Source: Elusimicrobiota bacterium
GTDB taxonomy: Bacteria; Elusimicrobiota; Endomicrobiia; Endomicrobiales; JBDRNC01
NCBI GenBank assembly: GCA_043811535.1
Contig: JBDRNC010000016.1
Location: 1 to 40,428 of the forward strand
DNA length: 40,428 nucleotides
Direction: 5' to 3'
The position numbers and the translations under genes were made by a program. The notes beneath the pieces are model-generated. The model saw nothing but the letters and a program-made list of their open reading frames with translations, did not search any database and was not told the DNA's origin. Below are positions 27,247 through 35,423 of the stretch, piece by piece; within the stretch, counting starts at the first letter, position 1, and each line of letters begins with the position of its first letter.

Positions 27247-27319
27247 AATTCCAAATTACATATTACAAATTACAGATTAAAGATTTTAATTTGTAATCTG
27301 TAATCGCCAAATTTGTAAT
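27247..27319. repeat. ATTACA[AG] heptamer-ladder inverted repeat, copy 4
   Basis: Arms at 27247-27280 and 27286-27319 with an AATCGCC interruption. Confidence 0.88.
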
Positions 27320-27321
27320 GA

Positions 27322-27816
27322 TCATTGATCCAACGCGGGTTCTATTTCCGGTTCTACTGCCGACTCAACTTCTTCTTCCTCATTTAACGGAGGAATGATC
27401 AGTTCCATCTTGGGGCGCAGGTCCTTCGGGCCGTTTATCTGGTCCCTGTTCGCCTCTAAGATCATTTCCCAGTGCCTGCCGTCGCCGTAGTATTTCTCGG
27501 AAATTCCCCAAAGCGTTTCAAAAATGCCTACCGTGTGCAACTGCTCGCCTTCCTGAAGGACCGGTCCGTCCATCCAGGCGTCATCCGGTTCGGTTTCCGG
27601 CAGCGTCTCTACAAACGGGGTTTCGACAACGGGAGAAACCTCCTGCTCAGTTTGCTGCACGGCCGGGGTGGTTTGTTCCTGGGCTTGGGGTGCTGCTGAT
27701 GTATCGGATTGCTGTTCGGGGGTTACAATCACATCTTTGTCTTTGTTGGTTTTCGCGCTTGAGCATGCTGCACAGACCAAAATGAAGAGAAAAACCGGAA
27801 TAAACAGGTATTTCAT
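27322..27816 (-). CDS. LysM-domain lipoprotein
   Basis: Lipoprotein signal (..CAAC), acidic linker, HTV...ETLWGISEKYYG....W..I..AN....P..L.P...L.IP. Confidence 0.9.
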   Translation of the reverse strand: MKYLFIPVFLFILVCAACSSAKTNKDKDVIVTPEQQSDTSAAPQAQEQTTPAVQQTEQEVSPVVETPFVETLPETEPDDAWMDGPVLQEGEQLHTVGIFETLWGISEKYYGDGRHWEMILEANRDQINGPKDLRPKMELIIPPLNEEEEVESAVEPEIEPALDQ

Positions 27817-27875
27817 ATTTGCCTCCGATCTTGGCTATAATTTATCAAAAAATGAAAGAAAATACAATAAGGAAA

Positions 27876-27956
27876 GAGATTAGTGAATAGGACTTAGAGA
27901 ACAGAGCAAAATCCCTATTCTTTTTTATATTCCCTAAGCGCTATTCTCTATTCTCT
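27876..27956. repeat. GAATAGG heptamer-ladder inverted repeat, copy 2
   Basis: gattagt gaatagg acttaga gaacaga / cctaagc gctattc tctattc. Confidence 0.75.
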
Positions 27957-28003
27957 TGTCTGTGTTGTCAAATATCTTAAAATATATTAAAATTCAGTAT
28001 ATT

Positions 28004-28798
28004 ATGATCTCCGCCCGCAATTTAAAGTCGCTTCATAAATGGTTTGACTCCTATGCCGGCCGGTATAAATCGCGCAAGGACAAGGAGCTTACCAACAACA
28101 CCCTGCTCAAGCAGAAACACACAAAACGCGTCTGCGGTCTGATAACCGATATAGGCAGAACCCTCAAACTCAGCCCGGCCGACCTGCGCCTCGCGGAGAC
28201 AACCGCTCTTTTTCACGACGTCGGCAGGTTCGAGCAGTACGTAATCCAGAGGAACTTCGCCGACACCAAGCACCTGGACCACGCGGCGGGAGCCGTTTCA
28301 ATACTCCGCAGGTTCAAGGTGCTTGACTGCCTCGGCGCCTGCTCGCGGGAAATCGTTTTGAAAGCCGTTAAGCACCACAACCGCATGCTCCTGCCGAAAA
28401 AGGAATCAGGACGCGTGTTGTTTTTCTCCAAACTTCTGCGCGACGCCGATAAAATAGACATCATAGATTTGCTGATAAACTACTATATGGGGAACACCGG
28501 GCCGGGTGACGAAGAAATAGAGGTCTTCTTCCCCGACACGCCGCAAATATCCAGGGCAGTCACGGCCGACCTGCTCGCCGGCAGGATAGTAAAGTTCAGC
28601 AAACTGAAAACGATAAATGATTTCAAGCTTTACAAGATGGGATGGCTGCTGGATCTGAATTTTGAAGGGTCATTTGAGATTGTCAGGAAAAAACGCTACC
28701 TCGAAAAACTGCTGTCAACACTCCCCAAAAAACCCGAAGTCCTCGCGGTGTACAATTACGTAAAATCCAAAATTCAAAATCCAAATGACAAAATATAA
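28004..28798 (+). CDS. HD-domain phosphohydrolase
   Basis: K..HT.RV, LFHDVGRFEQY, DHA, HHN, RDADK; ATG 28004 preferred; TTGTCA-17-TAAAAT just upstream. Confidence 0.9.
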   Translation: MISARNLKSLHKWFDSYAGRYKSRKDKELTNNTLLKQKHTKRVCGLITDIGRTLKLSPADLRLAETTALFHDVGRFEQYVIQRNFADTKHLDHAAGAVSILRRFKVLDCLGACSREIVLKAVKHHNRMLLPKKESGRVLFFSKLLRDADKIDIIDLLINYYMGNTGPGDEEIEVFFPDTPQISRAVTADLLAGRIVKFSKLKTINDFKLYKMGWLLDLNFEGSFEIVRKKRYLEKLLSTLPKKPEVLAVYNYVKSKIQNPNDKI

Positions 28799-28878
28799 AA
28801 ACAAATTCAAATTTCAAAAACTTGAATTTTGAATGTTTGAGTTTATTTTGTCATTTGTGCTTTGTCATTTGTCATTTT
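28762..28878. repeat. AAATGAC heptamer-type long inverted repeat, copy 2, spanning two convergent stop codons
   Basis: Homologous to 24061-24167. Confidence 0.85.
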
Positions 28879-30637
28879 TAATGTTTATTTTTATCCCCAA
28901 CTCCCTGATCTGCTTTTCGCTGACCACGTTGGGGGCGCCGGACATCAGGCAGGATGCTTTCGCCGTTTTGGGGAATGCGATTACGTCGCGGATGGATTCC
29001 TCGCCGAGGAGAATCGCGCACAACCGGTCAAAGCCCAGGGCGATCCCGCCGTGCGGAGGCGCTCCGTACGTCAGCGCGTCCAGCAGGAACCCGAACTTGA
29101 CCTGCGCGTCTTCCCGGGATATATTGAGCATTTTTAATATTTTCTCCTGAATGTCTTTGCGGTGTATCCTTATAGAGCCGCCGCCCAGTTCCGTGCCGTT
29201 GAGTACCACGTCATAGGCGCGCGCGTGTATCTTGCCCGCTTCCTCCGGGTTGTCCAGCAGCGGCAGGTCGGCAACCCTTGGCGAAGTGAACGGGTGATGC
29301 AGCGCGTTCCAGCGCTTTTCTTCCTTGTCCCACTCAAACGACGGGAAATCCACGACCCACAGGAAGCTGAATTGGCCTTCCGGTATCAATTTCAGCTCTT
29401 TGCCCAGTTTCAGGCGAAGCGCCCCAAGCCCCTGAGCCGCGACTTCCGGCGTATCGGCAAGGAACAGCAGAAGGTCGCCTGTCCCGGCGCCTGACTTTTT
29501 CTGTATCACCGACAGGTTTTCAGGCGAGAAAAATTTGACTATATTGGATTCAAGGCCGGCATCCGTGACTTTCATCCACGCCAGGCCCTTCGCGCCGTAC
29601 TCGGCGACGAATTTTGTCAGGTCCTCTATTTCCGCGCGCGAGAACTTCCCCCCGTCCGGAACGCATATGCCGCGCACAACGCCGCCTTTTTCAATGACGC
29701 CGCCGAAAACCTTGAAACCGCAGCCCGCGAGCTCTTTCGTGAAATCCGTTATCTCCATGCCGAACCGGGTGTCCGGCTTGTCGGAGCCGTAGCGCAGCAT
29801 CGCCTCGGCGTACGGCATGCGCGCAAACGGCGTCTTAATATCTTTGCCCAAAGCGTTCTTGAATATATCGGCCAGCAGACCCTCGATGCTGTCCATGACG
29901 TCGTTTTCGTCCACGAAAGACATTTCCATGTCTATCTGGGTGAACTCCGGCTGGCGGTCCGCGCGCAGGTCTTCGTCGCGGAAACACTTGGCTATCTGGA
30001 AATACTTGTCAAAACCCGCCACCATCAGTATCTGCTTGAACAGCTGCGGCGACTGCGGCAGCGCGTAGAACATCCCGTGGTTGAGGCGCGACGGAACAAG
30101 GTAATCGCGCGCCCCCTCGGGGGTTGATTTTGTCAGCATCGGCGTATCTATCTCTATGAAGCCCTGTTTTGAAAGGTAGCCCCGGGTTTCCTGCAATATC
30201 TTGTGGCGCAAAATGAAATTCTTCTGCACCTGAGGCCTGCGCAGGTCAAGAAAACGGTATTTGAGCCGCAGTTCTTCCGAGGTCTCGACATAATCGGATA
30301 TCTCAAACGGCAGCCCGGGCGCCTGGTTGATTATCTCAAGCGTTTCCGCCACCACTTCAACCTGCCCTGTGGGGAGATTGGGGTTTTCCGTGCCGGCGGG
30401 GCGCTGGCGCACGGGCCCTTCGACTTTAAGCACGAATTCCGAGCGCAGTTTTTCGGCCTGCGCGAAAATCCCGCTTTTTTCCGGCTGGAAAACTATCTGC
30501 GCGATGCCTTCCCTGTCGCGCAGGTCGATGAAAATAACGCCTCCGTGGTCGCGGCGGGAATGCACCCACCCGAACAGCGTGACTTTCTTTCCGATTTGTT
30601 CCGGCCTTAATAAACCGCAGTAAATTGTACGTTGCAT
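28865..30637 (-). CDS. aspS: Aspartate--tRNA ligase, probably non-discriminating (Asp/Asn)
   Basis: TPEGARDY, LPQSPQLFKQ, FRDEDLRADRQPEF, GAPPHGG; His in RRDHGG and Gly in RPAG match ND-AspRS anticodon-domain signatures. Confidence 0.97.
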   Translation of the reverse strand: MQRTIYCGLLRPEQIGKKVTLFGWVHSRRDHGGVIFIDLRDREGIAQIVFQPEKSGIFAQAEKLRSEFVLKVEGPVRQRPAGTENPNLPTGQVEVVAETLEIINQAPGLPFEISDYVETSEELRLKYRFLDLRRPQVQKNFILRHKILQETRGYLSKQGFIEIDTPMLTKSTPEGARDYLVPSRLNHGMFYALPQSPQLFKQILMVAGFDKYFQIAKCFRDEDLRADRQPEFTQIDMEMSFVDENDVMDSIEGLLADIFKNALGKDIKTPFARMPYAEAMLRYGSDKPDTRFGMEITDFTKELAGCGFKVFGGVIEKGGVVRGICVPDGGKFSRAEIEDLTKFVAEYGAKGLAWMKVTDAGLESNIVKFFSPENLSVIQKKSGAGTGDLLLFLADTPEVAAQGLGALRLKLGKELKLIPEGQFSFLWVVDFPSFEWDKEEKRWNALHHPFTSPRVADLPLLDNPEEAGKIHARAYDVVLNGTELGGGSIRIHRKDIQEKILKMLNISREDAQVKFGFLLDALTYGAPPHGGIALGFDRLCAILLGEESIRDVIAFPKTAKASCLMSGAPNVVSEKQIRELGIKINIKNDK

Positions 30638-30648
30638 GTGTTCCTCTT

Positions 30649-30724
30649 ATTTCCCCTCCTTTGCAAGGAGGGGTCAGGGGATCCGCCGCGGCGGACCCCT
30701 TCATCCCCCTTTTTCTAAGGGGGA
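30649..30724. repeat. C-rich REP-like element with a central TCCGCCGCGGCGGA palindrome
   Basis: cccctcctt-tgc-aaggagggg ... tccgccgcggcgga ... ccccctt-tttct-aaggggg. Confidence 0.8.
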
Positions 30725-30828
30725 GACATTTGAAATGATGCATTAAAATAGCAAAAAACGAGAGTTCCGTCAATTAGTATTGCAATTCTATTGTTAAAAC
30801 AATAAAATAGTAGTACAATAAATTAAAT

Positions 30829-30900
30829 GAGTGATTAGTTCTTAGCGAATAGGGCTTAGGATTTTTATCACAATTCTCTATTCCCTATTTACTATTCTCT
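30829..30900. repeat. GAATAGG heptamer-ladder inverted repeat, copy 3
   Basis: gattagt tcttagc gaatagg gcttagg / tctattc cctattt actattc. Confidence 0.78.
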
Positions 30901-30910
30901 GGTATTTAAA

Positions 30911-31819
30911 ATGAAATGCCCTAAATGCAACCAGGAAAACCCGAACGACGCGCTGTACTGCGCGGTCTGCTATGAAGTCCTGAAAAAAGAGGCCCCGAAA
31001 GAGGAAACTGTCCCCGCCCAGGGCGGGCAGGAACAGTCCCAGCCCGCGGGCGAGCCGCAGAGCGCGGTCACGGCTTCTCGGTCGCCGGTCCGGGAAAGCG
31101 GCACGAATTACACCCTTCTCATAATTCTTTTTATCCTGTTCCTGGCCGCGGCGCTTTTTTACAGGAACACAACCGAATCCGAGAAATGGTACAAGACCGC
31201 GGCTTACGCGAACCTTGCCGGGAAATTCAGCAACAAGAACCAGTTAAAATTCAACGTTATCAACCCGTCTGAATTCAATGACATCCTCCAAAATTTCCCG
31301 CCCGGCACAGTATTCGACACCTACACCGTGACGGGACTGACGCTTGAACAGATCCGCGGCAACCTGCGGAACGAACTCTCGGTCAATCGGTCGCTTTCAT
31401 CCAGGCTTGACAGCCAAACATTCACTAACTGCAAGGCGGAGTTCACGTGGGACCGCGAGACGGAAAATACGGCGGGCGGCGCGCAGTGGAAAACGCTCTC
31501 GATTAACGTGAAAAATACCGTCATTTATCCCGTACTGGAAGAAACCGCGGAAATATCCAACGAGGAATCCAACCGGTGGAACATCCTGCTCAAGATACTG
31601 ATGCAGCACGAAGCCGGCCGCGCGAAAGTAAACTACGCGTACGGCAAGCAGCTTGAGATAGATCTGCTCAAACTCCGCGCGCCCGATATTAAATCGCTTG
31701 AATCGATGACCGACCTCAAGATACAGAATTTCCTCAGGACGATTAAAACCCTCCTTGACGAATACGACGCCAAAATAGAACCCGGACAGAAACTCGTCAA
31801 ACTGCATGAAAAGCTATAA
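30911..31819 (+). CDS. Zinc-ribbon + TM + DUF922-like Zn-peptidase protein, degenerate HExxR
   Basis: CPKC...CAVC; one TM; Y.V.G.T..QI, W.....L.QHEAGR. Confidence 0.8.
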   Translation: MKCPKCNQENPNDALYCAVCYEVLKKEAPKEETVPAQGGQEQSQPAGEPQSAVTASRSPVRESGTNYTLLIILFILFLAAALFYRNTTESEKWYKTAAYANLAGKFSNKNQLKFNVINPSEFNDILQNFPPGTVFDTYTVTGLTLEQIRGNLRNELSVNRSLSSRLDSQTFTNCKAEFTWDRETENTAGGAQWKTLSINVKNTVIYPVLEETAEISNEESNRWNILLKILMQHEAGRAKVNYAYGKQLEIDLLKLRAPDIKSLESMTDLKIQNFLRTIKTLLDEYDAKIEPGQKLVKLHEKL

Positions 31820-31824
31820 ATGAC

Positions 31825-31893
31825 AGAGATTAGAGAATAGGAGTTAGTGCTTAGGAATTCTCTATTCTCTATTTCCCATTCCCTATTCACTCT
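31825..31893. repeat. GAATAGG heptamer-ladder inverted repeat, copy 4
   Basis: gattaga gaatagg agttagt gcttagg / tctattc tctattt cccattc cctattc. Confidence 0.78.
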
Positions 31894-31900
31894 ATTTATC

Positions 31901-32755
31901 ATGTTCTGCCCAAAATGCGATCACGAAAATCCCGATAACGCCTTATACTGCGGGCTCTGCTATGAAGTATTGCAGAAAGATCCGCAGAAACCTTCCGGCA
32001 CGCCCAGTCATTTTCACGTTCATCCTTTTTCCCGCGTCACCCTGCGCGCTTTCATCCTGTCCGTCCTGTTTGCCGCGATCCTGTGGGTCTTTGTTGATAA
32101 CTTATTATCCAAACAATGGTATTTCGCGCAGACGAGCAAAAAAATAGCGAAAATATTAAGTGATACCGATAATTTAAAATTCACGCTGGTGGATACCAGT
32201 GTTTTAAGCGATCCTGACGACTTATTTCCGGCCGACGCGGAGACATTTTTTTCCATCTATAACGTCAACGGACACACTTTTGAACAGATCTGCGGAAATT
32301 TAAAGGATGAAAGAATACGAAATACCGCGTTGGACAAAAGGATCGGGAGCCCCACCTTCACCAATACACACTACAGCTTTGAATGGCAGTCCGAGCCGGA
32401 ATTGACCAGCGCCGGAGCGCGGTGGAAATCATTCAAGATATTCCCGCGAAACACGGTCATATACCCGGTTTGGAATGAAAATCAGGCGATACGCAACATT
32501 GACACGAACAGATGGAACCTCCTTGTTAAAATTCTGATGAGGCATGAAGCCGGCCACTGCAAAATAAACGTCGAGCGCGCCAAACTGCTTGAAAACGAAC
32601 TGCAGAATCTGAAAACGCCCGACATGGCCATGCTTACTCTGATAACATCGCAGAAAAAACGCGATTTCCTGGGAACAATACAGGACTATCACGACGAATA
32701 CGACAAAAAGCTCCGCCCGGGGAACAAATTTGTTAAACTGCACAAAAAGCTGTAA
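31901..32755 (+). CDS. Zinc-ribbon + TM + DUF922-like Zn-peptidase protein, intact HExxH
   Basis: Paralog of 30911-31819; MFCPKC start at 31901; RHEAGH and C-terminal YD. Confidence 0.82.
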   Translation: MFCPKCDHENPDNALYCGLCYEVLQKDPQKPSGTPSHFHVHPFSRVTLRAFILSVLFAAILWVFVDNLLSKQWYFAQTSKKIAKILSDTDNLKFTLVDTSVLSDPDDLFPADAETFFSIYNVNGHTFEQICGNLKDERIRNTALDKRIGSPTFTNTHYSFEWQSEPELTSAGARWKSFKIFPRNTVIYPVWNENQAIRNIDTNRWNLLVKILMRHEAGHCKINVERAKLLENELQNLKTPDMAMLTLITSQKKRDFLGTIQDYHDEYDKKLRPGNKFVKLHKKL

Positions 32756-32780
32756 ATTCAGGGACTAGTCCCTGAATTTA
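32753..32780. repeat. Perfect 28-bp palindrome overlapping the stop codon
   Basis: taaattcagggact|agtccctgaattta. Confidence 0.85.
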
Positions 32781-32783
32781 GCG

Positions 32784-32850
32784 GGAAGTTGGAAGAAGGA
32801 AGACGGAAGCAGAATACCTTACTGAAAATCCCCCTCTTTCCCCCTTTGTT
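32784..32850. repeat. GGAAGAC heptamer ladder followed by half of a C-rich REP-like element
   Basis: ggaagtt ggaagaa ggaagac ggaagca; aaaatccccctctttccccctttgtt cut off at 32850. Confidence 0.7.
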
Positions 32851-33021
32851 GCTGTCATTGCGAGGAGGTCGCCGCGGCGACCGACGAAGCAATCTCGCTG
32901 TGTCATTGCGAGGGAAGCGAAGCAATCTCTGGTCTTTGGGTTAACTGCGATGTTCTCAGCAACAGGGATTGCCGCGCCCTACGGGCTCGCAATGACAGCT
33001 CACAACGGCCTCGCGATGACA
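32851..33021. repeat. GTCATTGCGAG...GCAATC family composite (MITE/REP-like) element
   Basis: Perfect 14-bp terminal IR gctgtcattgcgag (32851-32864) / ctcgcaatgacagc (32986-32999); second left end at 32901, second right end at 33010-33021. Confidence 0.85.
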
Positions 33022-33044
33022 ACCCTCCCCCAGCCACCGTCGTT

Positions 33045-33073
33045 TTGCTTTCTCACTCAAAAGTTAGTAGAAT
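33045..33073 (+). promoter_or_regulatory. Sigma70-like promoter upstream of the ECF sigma gene
   Basis: TTGCTT-17-TAGAAT. Confidence 0.5.
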
Positions 33074-33125
33074 AGCGTAGGTAAAAGCCGTTTAGCATAG
33101 AACTTTTTCAAAAGAATATTGTCAT

Positions 33126-33725
33126 ATGTATAGAGCGATAAACCAGGATCCTGGTGAAGACGGCAGGTTAATAGCGGCATTTTTAGCGGAAGATTCTTCG
33201 GCATTTGACAAGCTGGTGCTGAAGTATAAGGACCGCGTTTTCAATATCTGCTACCGCTTCATGGGGAATCACGACGACGCCAACGACTGCGCCCAGGACG
33301 CCTTCGTCAAGGTTTTCCGCTCGCTCAAACATTTCAAGGGCGAGTCGCTGTTTTCCACGTGGCTCTACAGCATAACCGTCAACACCTGCAAGAACAAGCT
33401 CTCGTCGCTCGCGCACAGGATAGGCAAAAGGATGGTGCAAATCGACAAGCGCAGGGAAACCGAGGACGGCGAAAAACAGAGGCAGTTCAAAGATGACGGC
33501 TACACCCCTCCCGAAATGCTCGAAATGAAGGAACGGGAGGCCAAGGTACAGAAAGCGATAGGTTCGCTTGGCAAGTACCAGAAAGAACTGATAATCCTGC
33601 GCGATATTGAAGACCTTTCCTATGAAGAAATAGCCAAAATAACCGGGCACAAGCTGGGGACCGTAAAATCAGGGCTTTCAAGGGCTCGGTTTCATCTGAA
33701 AGAAAAACTCAGGGAGCTGAGATAA
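33126..33725 (+). CDS. ECF RNA polymerase sigma factor (SigW/RpoE-like)
   Basis: DANDCAQDAFVK, FSTWLY.I..N, LSYEEIA...GTVKS.LSRAR. Confidence 0.95.
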   Translation: MYRAINQDPGEDGRLIAAFLAEDSSAFDKLVLKYKDRVFNICYRFMGNHDDANDCAQDAFVKVFRSLKHFKGESLFSTWLYSITVNTCKNKLSSLAHRIGKRMVQIDKRRETEDGEKQRQFKDDGYTPPEMLEMKEREAKVQKAIGSLGKYQKELIILRDIEDLSYEEIAKITGHKLGTVKSGLSRARFHLKEKLRELR

Positions 33726-35084
33726 ATGGACTGCAAAGAAACCCGCGAACAACTGTCCGCTTACATAGACAAGAAACTTGACGAGCGGACAAAACTATCG
33801 GTTGACAGGCACCTCAGGGGCTGTACAAGGTGCGCGCGCGAACTAAACGAGCTGAAAGCGGCGATCACAAGCGTGAAATCCGTCCGCCATGTCAAGGCGC
33901 CCGCGGACTTCCTTGCCAAGCTCCGCGAGCGCATAGACGAGCCCGTGACGTTCTGGGAACGCGCGCAGAGATTTATTTTCCCCGAGCACAGGGCGCGAAG
34001 AATAATACCCCTTCAACTGGCCGGCCTGCTTGCGACATTTCTGATTGTCGTTCTCTACATAAACCTGAGAAAGGAGCCCCGGTTAGAGATACCGCAGAAC
34101 ATGGTGCTCCGCCCGATAGAACAAGAAGACGAACAGCCTCCGGCCTTTGCCCAAACAATGCAGGACGCAAGGGAAATGGTGCTGGATGAACGCTTGCAGT
34201 ATAATATGACGCTTGAAAAAACCAGGGCGACGACTGCGGCCGAGGTAAAGCGTTACGCCGAAATGGAAGCGTCGAAACAAGGCGCCGGGACCGACGCGAA
34301 ACCCGCGGCAGAGGAAAGGGGCGCCGCGGATGCGTCCCAGGTTCAGGCGGCTAAAACCCCCGATGTTCCCGAACTGAAAAAGGCCGAATTCGCGGCCGTT
34401 ACCAAGGAACAGCAAGCCTCCAAAACGGCGACGGCGAAAGACAGCATTACAATTGAAAAGAAACTGAAAAACGCGGAACCGGCCGCCGCGGATAAATTAC
34501 CGGCTAAAGACAGCAAAACTCCGGCGGCTCCTCCCGCGGCCAAGAAAGACACGGCCAAGAAAAAAACCGCCGCCGATGAAGATTCTTCGCCTCTTACGGT
34601 ATCCGGAAGCAAAGACCTCCAGGACCTCGAAGCGGAAGAATTAGCCGTGCGCATAGATTTGTCAAACGCCCCGATATCGCCCGACAAAAAGCTGGCGATG
34701 GCGACCCAGATCAAATCAAAAACAGCGCCGGCGAACATCACCAACGCCGAGAGCAGGAAACAATCGGGCAAGACAATCCGCGTCAAAGGGACGTACCTTA
34801 ATATTGACGTGCAGATAACTCTGCTAACGCCCGACGCGGAAGACACCGAAATAAATATAGCCAAGGCGGCCAAGAAGACAAGAGGCAAGATCATACTCAC
34901 CGAATACGATGACACGACAGATAAGCCGATCGTTCTCTATATTTCGCTCCCGCCGAGAAATTACCCGCCGCTTCTGAAAGAATTGGCCGCCATATGCGCC
35001 CTGCGGGAAGAACCCATAGGCGCGCCCAACAACACAGCGCGCCTCACCACAATTCGCGTCCAGCTTGCCCCCCCGGAAAAATAA
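33726..35084 (+). CDS. Zinc-finger (zf-HC2/ZAS) anti-sigma factor with TM and long extracytoplasmic tail
   Basis: C....EQLSAYID, HLRGCTRC (HxxxCxxC), one TM; abuts the sigma stop codon. Confidence 0.9.
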   Translation: MDCKETREQLSAYIDKKLDERTKLSVDRHLRGCTRCARELNELKAAITSVKSVRHVKAPADFLAKLRERIDEPVTFWERAQRFIFPEHRARRIIPLQLAGLLATFLIVVLYINLRKEPRLEIPQNMVLRPIEQEDEQPPAFAQTMQDAREMVLDERLQYNMTLEKTRATTAAEVKRYAEMEASKQGAGTDAKPAAEERGAADASQVQAAKTPDVPELKKAEFAAVTKEQQASKTATAKDSITIEKKLKNAEPAAADKLPAKDSKTPAAPPAAKKDTAKKKTAADEDSSPLTVSGSKDLQDLEAEELAVRIDLSNAPISPDKKLAMATQIKSKTAPANITNAESRKQSGKTIRVKGTYLNIDVQITLLTPDAEDTEINIAKAAKKTRGKIILTEYDDTTDKPIVLYISLPPRNYPPLLKELAAICALREEPIGAPNNTARLTTIRVQLAPPEK

Positions 35085-35090
35085 TACTAC

Positions 35091-35180
35091 AGTATCTGGT
35101 ATCTAGTATCTCGTCGTTCGTATCTTGGAAAGATCGTATCTAGAACTACCGGAACTCGGGACCCGTACATAGTATCTCGT
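35091..35180. repeat. AGTATCT heptamer ladder
   Basis: agtatct ggtatct agtatct cgtcgtt cgtatct ...; reverse-complement family at 39926-39955. Confidence 0.72.
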
Positions 35181-35191
35181 GAAATGCATTT

Positions 35192-35303
35192 AAAAATCCC
35201 CCTCTTTCCCCCTTTTTCTAAGGGGGATGTTTTTTATTTCCCCAATTTCTAAGAAGGGTGTGTTTAATTTCCCCCTTTGTTAAAGGGGGAAAGAGGGGGA
35301 TTT
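35192..35303. repeat. Full C-rich REP-like element (paired inverted copies)
   Basis: aaatccccctctttccccctt ... aagggggaaagagggggattt. Confidence 0.9.
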
Positions 35304-35314
35304 GTCGTCTGCCG

Positions 35315-35348
35315 TCAATTTGTAATCTGTAATATGAAATTTGTAATT
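35315..35348. repeat. Right arm only of the ATTACA[AG] family
   Basis: tcaatttgtaatctgtaatatgaaatttgtaatt. Confidence 0.75.
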
Positions 35349-35357
35349 GCGCAAAAG

Positions 35358-35385
35358 GGAACCTTTTGCGCACTCCCCTGTCTTA
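35358..35385 (+). promoter_or_regulatory. ECF-type promoter for the VIT-vWA gene
   Basis: GGAAC-17-GTCT; same motif and spacing (GAAC-17-GTCA) at 33100-33124 in front of the sigma gene. Confidence 0.62.
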
Positions 35386-35423
35386 CTGGGTGACACACAA
35401 TATCCTCAAGGAGGTACCACCCA

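Noticed and set aside
34240..34620. Ala/Lys-rich segment of the anti-sigma as a repeat or variable region
   Set aside because: Low-complexity linker without a nucleotide-level repeat unit or a template/variable pair; no reverse transcriptase nearby
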